64,000 nt of DNA from the human T2T-CHM13v2.0 reference genome, Homo sapiens, in assembly GCF_009914755.1 (NCBI RefSeq), contig NC_060931.1. One strand, 5' to 3'. The notes under the pieces are model-generated. The model ran no database searches. It was not told where the DNA came from and saw nothing but the letters and a program-made list of their open reading frames with translations. The translations under genes and the position numbers were made by a program. Within the stretch, counting starts at the first letter, position 1. Each line of letters begins with the position of its first letter. Shown here piece by piece: positions 31,296 to 43,850 of the stretch.

Positions 31296-33968
31296 TTGTC
31301 ACCCTAATTTTGCATTAATTTACTCAGCCTCCCCAGCTGTAGGTGTTGAAAGTGTCTGGGTGACTAGCTCTTCATTTTGATTGCAGGATGTCTGTTTCCA
31401 CTGAGTTTTGTGAGGAGATGATGGAAGGATGATCTCAGAAGCAGAGGGCATCTGCTGTGAAAGATGCCGCACGCCAAGCGGGGCTGGGGTGCATCCTGGG
31501 CAGGGGACTGAAATGTACCTGTCAGGGTTTGCCTCAGAAGTGCCTGGTGAGCTGAGGTGACGCGGAGTCTCAGCCTCATTTGACACAATGCCACACTTGG
31601 ATTTGGGGCCTGAATTTAAGCTTTTGGCTAACAAATCGCTGTCCTGCGCTTGGTTCAGGCGTGTCTTCTAGCTTCCCAGCTGTTTTTAGCCATCATAGAA
31701 GCAATGCCACACCAGCAGGCCCCAAAACTCTTCCGTGTCTTGTGAAGAGAGAGCCGCAGAGGAAGCCGGCTGTGGAGGCAGTTCTGGGCATGCGCTATGT
31801 CCAGAATGGGCTGCCCTCCAGGCATGGAGACTTGGGCCGGGCCTGCTCCACTGGACAGGCGGTAGAGGAGGGGGCAGGACGGTGCTGAGGTTGGAGGAGA
31901 GGCCGTTGCAGAGGAGGGGGCCTGGGAGGGTTCTCCTTGGGGAGTCAGAGGAAAAAGCACATTCCAGATGTGGGACAAACAAGATAGTATTTGGGGCAGG
32001 ACAGTCTGAGTGTGACATGTTCATGGGCTGCCAGAAGGTGCGGGTTGTGGGGAGAGAAGAATGGGGGCGGATGGTATGATTGCTGATCACAGCGGGGAGG
32101 TTGGATGCCATTAGAGGAGCAGGAGTGGGCATGGGCGTGTAGCAGGCAGGTGAGGGCAGCCCATGCCAGCACAATGGTGTGCACAACTGGTCAGGTGTCC
32201 TTGATGCTGATCACGGCCTTACCCTGTCCTTGTGTTCCTGCCCATATGTCCTATGGGTAGCTCCTGTCCTTCCTCCCTTAGCCAACTCCTCCTCAGTCAA
32301 TTTATCAAAAGCAGACACCTTGTTTCTTCATTCCTAGCAAGGCGACAGTGGTGTGGCTGGAAGGGAACCAGGCCTGGGTTCAGGGGATCAGACTCTCTCA
32401 CTCACCGTGTCTCTCAGGCTCTCAGAAACCAGAGCGAAAATGGACATCTGGCCATCTTTATGTCCTCAACATCTCGCAAAGCTCTCTGTGCAATGGAAGT
32501 AGAAATTACCCCAATGTGTGTTGCTATAAAAATGCAAAGTGAGTGCAGCGCCCGTGTTTTGGGTCCATGCCCCACTGGGTTTCTCTGGATGGCTTGATGC
32601 ATGCTCCATTCTCTGCTGTGGGGAGATAAGGTGGGGACTGGAGCTGACGTGTCAGTGAGGGGCTGCTCAGGCCAGAGCGCAGCATCACCAAGCAGCAGTG
32701 TCTTCGGCAAGCAGGAGTCAGTGTGAACGTCTGTGCAGGCTCAGGGCCGGCCGGCAGCACTGCCCGCAGGCAGCACTCAAGGCGGTTCTCTGGCCTGCGC
32801 CACCGGAACCGTCCCTTCAGCACGATGGAAAGGTCCTCTCTGGTAGGTATGCCCCTTGTGGCAGCCACAGGCCCCAATGGCTCCGGGACGCAGCAAGACC
32901 TGGCCACCCCCGAGGTCTGTGTGTGCTTAAGTCTCACCCGGAGAACAGTGCATGGTGCCGTTTCTGCGGGTTCTCCTGCACCGATCTGCTTGCCTCCCAA
33001 CAGGCCCATTTTCCTGGGGTGGGGGTCGGGGGCACTTTGGTTCCCAGGGTTTGGAGGTTTGGCCTAGAGGAGTTACAGCGCCTGCGTCCTTTCCTTCCTA
33101 CTGCCCACAGTGCAATCCCTACCTGTTCATCCGCGCCCGAGGGCGGACCCGCCCATCACCTAGCAGGTGATCCCTGGCGGCCCCGGCCGTCTCTGATGAA
33201 GTATCTTCTGCATTAAGACTATGAAGCGCATGCTGCTCTACCTGAAAGGGCTGCTCCACTTGAAGGGGCTGCTCCTGCAGCAGGTGCTTCTCTCTGCAGC
33301 GAGATGATGAGCTCTCCACGGCAGACACTGTCACCTGCAGCTTCTCTCCTGGCACCCGGGCCAACCGGGGCACATGGATGCAGAAAGTGGCACCATCAAG
33401 GGACTGAAGAGCACCCCGCTCAGGTGCTGTGAGGGGTGCTGAGGGGTCTCCTGCAGGGCCCCTCGGCAGACTGAGCCCCACTGGCCCCTCGAGCCCCTGG
33501 GCACAGGGCTCCCCTTGGGTGCCCGGTGGCTCTGGCGTGTGTGTTGCGCCTTCCAGCACCAGGCGCTGCCCTGGCTCCTGTGCACGAGCCCGGGGTGGGG
33601 CTGCTGCCCGCCCCCACCCCTCCTTCCACTCCAGGCCCTGAACGGACTTCCTAGATTCATGCCAGAAAATGACATGCCAGAAAATGACCCTGCTCCCAAG
33701 CAGGGTCCCCGCTGTCACCTGCACAGGCTAAAGAGCTCCTCCCTTGCTCCCCGGCCTCTTCCCCATCCACTTCCTGCACCAGTGACACTGGGGGCAGCCC
33801 CGCAGCGCACCCACAAGTCACCCCCAAGGCTGCCCAGGCCGGTTGTGAGAGGCAGAGGGCAGGAGGCCCGCCGCCCTGGGTTCCTGGAATCCCAAGCTCC
33901 AAAAAGAAGCTGAGACTCAGTTTGCAAAACAAAAAGAGGACACAGGAGCACTTTTAACGTTCAGGCTG

Positions 33969-33974
33969 TATATT
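33969..33974 (-). terminator. Candidate WDR86 poly(A) signal, variant AATATA
   Basis: No AATAAA seen on the - strand nearby; AATATA followed by U/GU-rich tttttgttttg about 40 nt downstream. Confidence 0.45.
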
Positions 33975-34409
33975 TCAGTTCCCCCCAAGGCCCTCGAGAC
34001 GGACGATTTGCCAAAATAACCAGGTTCAGTGGCTTCTGTAAAAAGTCACTTCCTCTCAGCAGGAAAGGCCCAGTTTCGTGGGGCTGGGGGAGCTGGGGCA
34101 GTCCGCCTGCAGCCCCTGAGGTGGGAGGGTCCCCAGGACTAGGCCTTTCGCCAGGTCAGGGATGGGGAGGGAGGACAGGAGCCACCCTAAAAGGGAAAAG
34201 GGGGCGGTCCCCAGGGCGAGCACTCCCGCTCCCAGCGCCTCCTGGCCACCAAAGAAAAACCAGACGCCTGCGACGGGCTCTCCTCCCGCCCGGGCTTCCT
34301 CGCTCCTCGCCCCTCGCCGGCCATCGGGCGCCACCACCGCGGGTAGCAGGGCGGGGCGCTCTGGGAGCCGCTGGGTGTCTGGGCTGGCGTCTGCAGGGGC
34401 CCCGCGGGA

Positions 34410-34574
34410 TCAGGCCGGCTGCAGGGGCGCGGCGGCGCAGCCCACCTTGTTGCTGAAGAGCCGCGAGAGGCTGCGCGTGGGCGGAGGGGGCCGCGGGGCA
34501 CCTCGGAGCCCGCGCACGTCCCAGAGGCGCAGGGCGCCGTCGTGCGAGGCGGTGTAGAGCACCTGGCCGTGCAC
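34410..34574 (-). CDS. WDR86: WDR86 exon 6 (terminal): VHGQVLYTASHDGALRLWDVRG...AAAPLQPA*
   Basis: cccgcag acceptor; TGA at 34412-34410; six exons total 1131 nt = 376 aa + stop. Confidence 0.94.
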   Translation of the reverse strand: MHGQVLYTASHDGALRLWDVRGLRGAPRPPPPTRSLSRLFSNKVGCAAAPLQPA

Positions 34575-34705
34575 CTGCGGGCGCAGAGGCGGGCGTCACC
34601 GGTGACGCGGTAGGCGGGGGGGACACCGCTGCCCGCGTGGATGGATCGGGGCGGGGCACCTTCCCTCCCACGGGCGGCGGCCCCGAGAAGGGCAGAGGGA
34701 CCTAC

Positions 34706-34809
34706 CTGGATGCAGTTGATGATGAATGTGTGGCCCCGGAACACCCTCCGCAGCTCTCCAGACTGCGCGTCGAAGGCCCGGGCGCAAGCGTCCCCGCTGC
34801 CCGTGAACA
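34706..34809 (-). CDS. WDR86: WDR86 exon 5: LFTGSGDACARAFDAQSGELRRVFRGHTFIINCIQ
   Basis: gtccgcag acceptor, gtaggt donor; 104 nt. Confidence 0.94.
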
Positions 34810-35806
34810 CTGCGGACACACAGCGCGCGCTGGGCCTCCCTCCCTGCTCGGCCCCCCGCAAGCAGGGATGGGGCGGCGAGAGCGTGACCTGGGGCGTCTC
34901 CGAGACTCCGCCCCACGGGGGTATCCTGAGGCTCATATGGGAAGTGGACAGTGCCCCTCCAGAGAAACGGGTCCCCACGGTTATTCTGCTCCACCCTGCA
35001 GATGCCTGCGCGCCAGCTGGCCCTGCCCCTGCCCTGCTGAACACCGCCCGGGCCCAGTCCCCACTCCGCGGTTTGGTGAAGTTGGTTTCCGTGCCTGGTT
35101 GGGAAGCCCCTGCCTGGGGATAATCGTCAGGTCCTCGAGTCGCTTCCCCCCTACCTTCCGCTGCGTCGGCAACCTTATCCTCCCGTCCTCATTAACGGAT
35201 CGGCACTCAAATCAAAGCCCAGCCCTCTGGGGTTCATGATCACGCACCCCCGGGACCCCTAGCGGGGGCGAGCCTCCGACCTCAGTCTGTCTCCTCCCCC
35301 AGGTGGCTGCCTCTCCCTGGGGTTTCTCCTAAGATTTCAGTCCAATCGTTTTCCAACTGCAACCTGCATTTGCATCCGTCACTTGGAGGTCTTAGCCACA
35401 GATCGCGGGGCCGCATCCCAGAATCTGATTTAGCAGGCGGGGCCTGAGAATCGGCATTTCTAACCAGTTTTAAGTGATGCTGCTGCTAGTCAGGAGGCCA
35501 CACTGAGGATGTGGACTAGAAGAACTCACTTGGCCTAGGCTGGGCTCTCCGAAGCCGACCCTGATGCTAGGACTTGATGCAGACAGTTCACCTGGCAGGC
35601 GTCCCAGGAAACACTCACAGGGAAATGGGAGATGGAAAGGGAGGGAGGAAGTCCTGTGGGGTCTGTCAATGAGCAGGTAACTACGGTGGGCAGCTATGGT
35701 GCAAGCCTGCCAGGGACCTTGGGGAAAAGGGGTAGGACCACCTGAGGGTAAGGGTGCTGGGCTACCTATCTATCTGAGGGTGCTCTGTGGGTACTTGTTC
35801 CCTAGC

Positions 35807-36584
<778 letters not shown>

Positions 36585-37129
36585 TGAGCTCCCCGCGGGT
36601 GGGAAGAGGATCAAAAACAAAGTCTGATCATCCCATAGCCTTGCTGGCCAAGACCAAGAACCGAGCTGGGCAACAGTGAGCTGCAGGCTTCGCTTTCCCT
36701 GCGGGCTCCATGCCCCGGCTGCACGGGGAGGTGTTCTAGGCGGCCGCCGGCCAGAGCCTTTGAGAGTGGAACCTTCCTCGTGTTCAATTAGAGGACCCAG
36801 ACTTGGGAACAGAGCCGTAACCACACTTCCAGCCTTGGACACAGGAACAAACGAAAAATAATTTTTCTGTGTCAGACACCTGAATCCTGAGGGCATGTCA
36901 GGATCTATTTTCAGATATCTACATTCTGTCTTCATCCAACACCTTTGCTGTGAGGTCAACTTGAATATTCCACTGTGACTCTTCCCCAACCCAGTCTCCT
37001 CCCTCCCAGAGGCAGAGCCAAATGGCCCGAGAGTGTGACAAGTTGAGACCTGTAGGACAGACAGCAGGTTGCCTGCCCAACAAGCGATTCTGCCCTTCTT
37101 TCTTTCCAAAATAACCCTGATTCCATCTG

Positions 37130-37560
37130 GGCAGCAAATTCCTCAGATAAAAGACTTTATGATTCTCTATCTCTTGCAGACAGAATGGTCACAGAGAGGT
37201 ATGTAGAAGCCCTTGGATGAAGCTTCCAGGAAAGATCTTAAAGGACCAACTCAGCTAGAAGACGCGTCCTTTCGCCCTTCATCCTCTCTCTCTGCCTGCC
37301 TAAAACATGACACGATGGCTGGCACTGTAGCAGCTATCTTGAATCATGAGGCTTCTTTAAAGATAGAAGGTCTGTGCTAAGGATGATGAAGAAGAGTGAC
37401 AGAAGAAAGCTGGGTGCCTGATGACTTTGTGGAGCCACCCATTCCAGCCGAGACCACCAGCCTCTGAAATTCTTCTACCTGAGAGAAAATAAACCACCAC
37501 CTCATTGGAACCACAGCTACCTGGATTTTCCCTTCTCTGCAGACAAATCCTAAGGCCAAG
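37130..37560 (+). mobile_element. MLT1-type LTR remnant
   Basis: gcagctatcttgaatcatgag...cctgatgactttgtggagcc...gagagaaaataaacc. Confidence 0.55.
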
Positions 37561-37913
37561 TGAGGCCAAAGCCATGTGGCCCTCGAGGCTGGCAGGATTA
37601 AGGGGCAGTCACTGTCTCACTTGGAGAATTAGGATACACCCTTTGGGACATGCTTTTGACCCTAGACCCTCCCAGCAGTCCAGTCTCCCAGGCTGTCCTG
37701 GAGAAAGGTTGGGAGGAGCCACCAAACCCTTATTTGCACCTTCTTTGCAAAACAGCTGGAAGCACGGGTGTGTGGAGAAGGAACGAGCACTGCCATTGGA
37801 CGCTGATGATTGGCAGCCAAGGCTCAATGAGGGAAAATCCCATAGGAAGTAAAGAAGCAGAGAGGAGAAGCCAGGCTGGGGTGGCACAGGTCGTGCAGGG
37901 CCAAGTCACTTAC

Positions 37914-38049
37914 AGGTGCCCGCGTGGTACTTGAGGGCGCTCACGTTGCGTCTGTGGGCCGTGAACGTGCGCACACACTCCCCTGTGTCTGCCAGCCAGC
38001 ACTTGACGGTCCTGTCCGCGCTGCCAGAGTACACGAGTCGGTTCACCAG
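37914..38049 (-). CDS. WDR86: WDR86 exon 4: LVNRLVYSGSADRTVKCWLADTGECVRTFTAHRRNVSALKYHAGT
   Basis: cctcgcag acceptor, gtaagt donor; 136 nt. Confidence 0.95.
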
Positions 38050-41000
38050 CTGCGAGGAGGAGCAGGGAAGGTCGGCAGCTGGGGCAGCTCTGAAGCCCCC
38101 CAGACCTCTCCCTCTATAAGGGGGGAAGGGGCATGTGCAGGTCTCAGTGGTGAAACCATGGGTGAGCCTCGAATGGCCCCGCCACCGGCCCCACCAGACT
38201 GCCCACTTCAGCACCCAAAAGCAGGCGGCTGCTCCTGCCCCATGGGGCAGCCAGTGCTCCAACAGGGCTGGCCGCCCAGCCCCACACTGCCCTGGGCCAG
38301 TCCCTGGCTCTCTGCCCCTCAGCTGCTTCCCCTGAGGATTAGGATGTGGACAGCCCCTTCCTCGAGGGTGTGTGTGGGGTACAGGCACTTAACTGCTCGC
38401 TCCTGCTGGCTGAGGAGAGGGCTTCCAGAGAAGGGCTTTCACATGGGGCTTTTGCTTCAGACAGGACAGAGAAAGCCCTGAGCGAGGGTGTGAGGCAGAC
38501 TTCTGCCAAGACTGGAGCTGACAGCCGGGGACTGTCACGGGGTCACTGCTCCCCCTGCTCATGGGGCTCACAGTGAGAAGAGGGCCCGGGAGACAGTCTC
38601 ACCCAGCCATGTGATGCTGCTGTCTCGCAGGAGGTACGGAGAGGGCCCAGGAGACAAGGGAAGAGGCCCTTGCCAAGATGGACGGGAGTAGCGGCCCCAG
38701 GGAAGTGCGGAGACTATTAAAATAATTCTGTAAATTCCCCTAGACTAAACACCACCCAGCCAAGAGCACTCCCAGCCAGCACCTCTGGTCAGCAGTCACG
38801 GACGAGAAGGCCAGGGCGGGCAGGCGGGCTCCACAGCTGCAGTGACCTGGCGCGATGGCACAGGAGACAGGCGCAGGCTTCATGCCCCAGAGAGGCCTCC
38901 TGCCACTACTGCTAGGGCCCAGGAACCAGGAGTCAGAAGCGGGTCAGGCACACAGGGCATTTCTCCTGTGGTCGGCAGGCAGTGGGCCCACCGGCAGGCA
39001 GTCAGTTCACGCTGGCCACTGGCATCCCGAACACGTCCCTCCTAACCTTCCCCTCACGACCACGCTCTGGGCCACTTTCCACTGCCGGTTCCCCATATTA
39101 TCTCCCTGTTCAAATCCCAGAGGACAGAGCTTCCACGACCCGGGCCACAGCCCAGGTCAAAGGAGTTAACTGGCCTTGGGCCAATCACTGTGCCCAGAGA
39201 AGGCAGTGGAACCACGAGGAGCACAATGTGGCCTCTGGGAGGCAGAGGCTGCAGGTGCTTCCTGTGGACAGTCACCTGCCCTCTCTCAGGCCCTGCCCTG
39301 AAGTCCTGCTGGGGTTACGGTGGGCCCCAGCCCAGGCAGCCTCCCTAACTGGATGGTCCCCTCCCCAAGGACAGGGATACTGCCTACCTGCCCGTGTCAG
39401 CTTTGGCAGGGTTCCAGAACATTCCTGCACTCAGACCTCAGCCATCTGCACCACCCAGGAGCACAGTTCCTGCCAGTAATGCGGGCACCAGCAGGAAGGA
39501 CAAATGGACCTTCCTGAGCCTGCCGGGCACACAGTCAGCTGCTTACAGTCTTCAACAGCCCCTCTGCTTCCTGAGAAAGACCACCCCTCCTGCCTCAGGC
39601 TCGGAGGCCCTGCAGGGCCCAGCTTCCCTGGCCCTATATCCTGGTTTCCACTCCACACACCTGTGTCCACACTGCTGCCCCAGGACCTCTGGGCACGTGC
39701 CTTCCTCCCAGGTTTCCTACAAGTCCTCCCTGCCCAGAAAGCCCTTGTACTGTGATCCTCCCTTTTCCTTCATCGGCAAGTGGAAGCCCAGGATCCTTCT
39801 TCGCACCGCCCCCAGCGCACTGTGTCTGTGTCCCGGAGGCTGGGCTGACCACCACCAGCGCAGCGTTTCCTGGCCATCTCCCCAACACATGGTCAGCTCC
39901 AGAGCCAGCCAGGCTCCCTGTGCTTGCGTCCCAGACAGTCACAGAGCCTCTCAGGCTCTAATAAGAGGAGTGGGCAAGGGTGGAATGTTTGAGACTGAGA
40001 CCTCCAAGGACTGGCCAGCTTTGCAGCCCCACACCTCTGTGCTGCTCAGCCCCTGCACCAAGGAGGCTTCCTGGGTGACCAGGGCAGGAGGCTTGCTGGG
40101 TGACCAGGGCAGGAGAGGACAAAGGGAAGCCCCTCCTGTTCCCTGGCAGCCGGCCCTCACCACACAGGGCCTGTGAGCACTGTGCTTAGCCCTCCCAGTA
40201 GCACCCTGCCGAACATGAGCCAGAGCCACACAGGCCGAGGGGGCGCTCCCAGCCCCAGGGTCCTCAGCCTGTGGAGGCCTTGCTGTTCCCTCTAGCTGGT
40301 TTCCTGACAGGACAGGGAGAGCGGGGTGGCCCAGGGAGGCCTGAGCCAAGGGGGAAGGCAGGATGATCCTGAGGGCTCCTCGCAGCCACGGCGGCTCTGA
40401 GGAGTCTCCCAGCGATGAGATCCAACCAAGCAGAAGCAGGAGAGGCACCGGCCCGGGGCTCCGCCGCTGAGGGCACAGATGCGGGCCTCCACCTCCCCGG
40501 GGTCCAAGGGAGCCCCGCAGGGGTGGGAGGAGGCTGCAGAGGGCCTGGCAGGCTCCAGAGCAGCAGACCCTCCAAGATACTCCTCCCAAGCAAGAGTGTC
40601 GGGGGACGCACCACCTGCCTGGTGACAGCTGTGGTGGTCACAGGCACGGGGCTTACAGATGCACAGTCTTGGGTTCAAATCCTGCCTCCACCCCTCAGCA
40701 GATGTGAGACGTGGCCAAGTTACTCATCTTCTCCAAGCTTCCACTGTCTCATGTGCAACGTGAGAAACAAGGACCTCCTGCTAAGAACGAGGCCACAAGG
40801 GCTGATGCACTGCTGTGCGCCACACGCAGCCCAGGGCCTGAACATGGTAACCCCCGCCCATCCCCAAAACGCAGGTGCAATCTCTGCCCGCCGGCTCCTC
40901 AGGGTTGGGTGAGACTCATGAACTGGTACGACAGGGCTTTTGCAGCCAGAGACTGCCCCACGACATCCTTGCTGTGGTCCCCACCACCTCGGGCTCCCAG

Positions 41001-41627
41001 ATCCTGTAGGTCTTTCTTTTCTCTGGCTGGATTTGAAATGCTTCGTTTCTTTAAAATCACAATGTTGCTATCTGATTTCAAAACTGGGTGCATAGGTGTC
41101 TGTTTTAGTTATTTTTTACAATTTACATTTGAAATGTTTTATAACTAAAATGTTTAAAACATCTCTGTAAAACCATGAAGGGACAGGGCAGAGACTCTAT
41201 CTCTCCTCCTTCACAAGGACCCCAGGTCAAGCCCAGAACCTGGGCGACCCCTCAAAGAGCAGGGGAGAGGGCTGCCCTGCAGCGCAGGGGCCACCACAGA
41301 CAGGGTGCCCCCTGGCTTTTTGACCTTGGGTTTGTCGCTTAGAAGCAGGTCCTCACACCATCTCTGGCCCGACCCTCTCCAAAGGAGGCCTGTGTGCTCC
41401 TGGCTCTGTCCTCACCTGGCTTCTGGGACCCCTGAGATCGGTGGCTCAGCCCTGCATGCAGTCCTGTAAAAGGCGAGGGAGGCAGAGGCCCCTCTGGGCA
41501 CGGTGGTTTCTCAGGACCTCACCTCTGCTTTTGGCCAACTTGGAGCAGGCTGCAGGCTTCAGGGAAGCAGGGAGGATGCTTTGTGGCCACCTGGTCCCCA
41601 GGCTGACGGTCGGAGGCGGGGTATATG

Positions 41628-42130
41628 AAGCTATGGTCTGAGTGTCGGAACCCCCCAAATTCATGCTGGAACTTAACCCCCACTGTGATAGCATTAGGAA
41701 GTAAAGTGGTTATGAGGGCCCGCCTCATAAATGAGATGAGTTCCCTTTTATAAAAGGGCTTAAGGGAGCCTGTTTGTCCCTTCATCCAAGACGAAGGACG
41801 TGGCAAGAGCAGCAGCCACCAGACACAGAACGTGCTGGCGCCTTGACCTTGGATTTCCCAGCCTCTGGAACAGTGAGAAATACATTTCTATTATTTATAA
41901 ATTACCCAGTCAAAGGTATTCTGCACCTTTTTTTCTTTTCTTTCCTTTTTTTTTTTTTTTTGTTTGAGATGAGGTTTCTCCATGTTGCCTAGGCTGGTCT
42001 GGGAACCCTGGCCTCAAGTGATCCGTCCACCTCAGCCTCCCAAAGTGCTGGGATAACAGGCGTGAGCCACCGTGCCCGGCCCTCCAGTCTAAGGTATTTT
42101 GTTACAGGAGCAGCAATGGACCAGGACTCT
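41628..42130 (+). mobile_element. MST-type MaLR LTR with an Alu monomer inserted (41927-42081)
   Basis: ctatggtctga...ccccaaattcatg...gccttgaccttggatttcccagcctc...tttataaattacccagtc; duplicated ccagtc(a/t)aaggtatt around the Alu. Confidence 0.75.
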
Positions 42131-43319
42131 GCGAAACTGCACGGTCTCCTCTTTTCCTCCCCAGCCTCTGGAAAGGCTGCCCACGGGCTTATCTCCATAA
42201 ATCAAAGAAGCCTGACCTGTGTGATGTGAGTGGTGCAGACACCACAGCTCAAACGCACCATCGCCGGGCGGCTCACTCAGGGTCCCAGCAGACGCCCCAC
42301 ACTTGGCCCACCAGGAAACCTCAGCCACTCTCTCCCTTGGCTCTTGACTTGCAAGCACACATGCTTCTTCGGCAAAACGATTTCAGAGGCGACACAATGG
42401 GGCTCGCAAAGCCACTGTGGGGGCCCAGGACTCTTAAGGGCACCTGGGAAGGAGTCTGCCCGCTCCGCCCTGCACAGGGCAGGGGCTGTGTGAAGTCCTT
42501 TTGAAGAGCTTGCTTCCTGGTCTCAGGTGCACCCACTAGGCCTGTACGCATAGGAGAAGGACGCCTGGAAGTGAGCATGAGGCCCTCTCTCATTTCGAGG
42601 AAGGGGAAGGAGATGAGGTGTCATAGACCACGGGTCAGTGACCCCGACTGCATGCCGAGAGCAGAGAAAAGCAACAAGCAGGTCTCTGCTTCAATCTTAG
42701 ATAGCAATGGTGCCGCCTGCCTCACAGGGTTTCTGGGTTGGGGTGGAGAAGCCACACAGTCCTGTGTGTGGGTGCCATGTTCCTGAGAGCAGTTTGTGGA
42801 TGGGGGTGCCGGTGAGCCAGGGGCTGAATGCACAATCTCCAGCCCAGCAGAGCACTGAGGCAGAGTGAGGGCCCCAGGCAGGCCATGAGGCAGGGGCCCC
42901 AAAAGGATCCAAATGCAAGAGAGCGTGGGGTGTAATGGCCAGCCCTGGTGCCACGAACCAAGGGACAGTCAGAGCTCGGGGAGACGGAGCACTCGCAGGG
43001 CCAGGGCTGCGGAGCAGGGGAGGAGCTGGAGGGGAGGAGATGAAAAGTCCCTGGTTCAGCCCTCAACGACAGAGCTCTCCCCGTGAAAACAGACCAAGCC
43101 CAGAGCTCACTGCACACCCCCCACATCAGGACCCCATCTGGCCACGCCAGGGGCAGCCATCGTGTGTCCCCACTTGGCAGATTGTGAAAAAGGAGTCCCC
43201 CCAACCCCCACAGTCAGGAAGCCTCCGGAAGTTGCACAGCGTCCTGACGCTGTGGGCAGAGGGGATGGTACGGCGCCCACCTCCCATCCCTTTCCCTCTA
43301 CACTCGCCTTAAGAATCAT

Positions 43320-43850
43320 TTCACTTTGGCAGTTCCTCAAAAAGCTGAACAGAGAATTACCAAGTCATCCGCAGTCCCACTGGCAGGCATATACCCGAGA
43401 ACTGAAGGCAGGATGCACCCAGATCCCGTCCACCCGTTCACAACAGCTGAAAGGTGAAAGCAACCCGTGTGTCTATCAACAGGTGACGGATAAGCGCAAT
43501 GTGGTATCCACATACCAGGGAATATTTATCAGTCACGGAAAAAGGAGGGAATCTCATCACACACCACAACACAGACGAACCCTGAAGATCTTATGCTCAT
43601 GAAATAAGCCAGACAGGAAAGGACAGATCCTGCACGACTCCACTCATGTGAGGACCCAGAGTCATCAAATTCAGAGACACAAAGCAGAAGGGCGGGTGCC
43701 TGGGGCATGGAAGAGCAGCGGGGAGTCAGTGTTTAATGGGGACAGAGTTCTGATTTGGGCTGATGGAAAAGTCTGGAAATCATGGTATGATGCTTGCACA
43801 ACACTGAACGTGCTTCACGCCCTGAGTAAATGCTGAAAATGGTTTAAAGG
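43320..43850 (+). mobile_element. L1MB-like 3' fragment
   Basis: ggcagttcctcaaaaagctgaacagagaattacc...gaaataagccagacag...tttaatggggacagagtt. Confidence 0.75.

Larger units (their letters stand above)
34150..35300. promoter_or_regulatory. 3' intragenic CpG island over WDR86 exons 5-6
   Basis: Dense CpG and GC extending into non-coding intron and 3' UTR sequence. Confidence 0.85.

Noticed and set aside
39394-40176. 260-aa + strand ORF in a WDR86 intron
   Set aside because: Non-ATG start, GC-rich low-information composition, no domain or splice support
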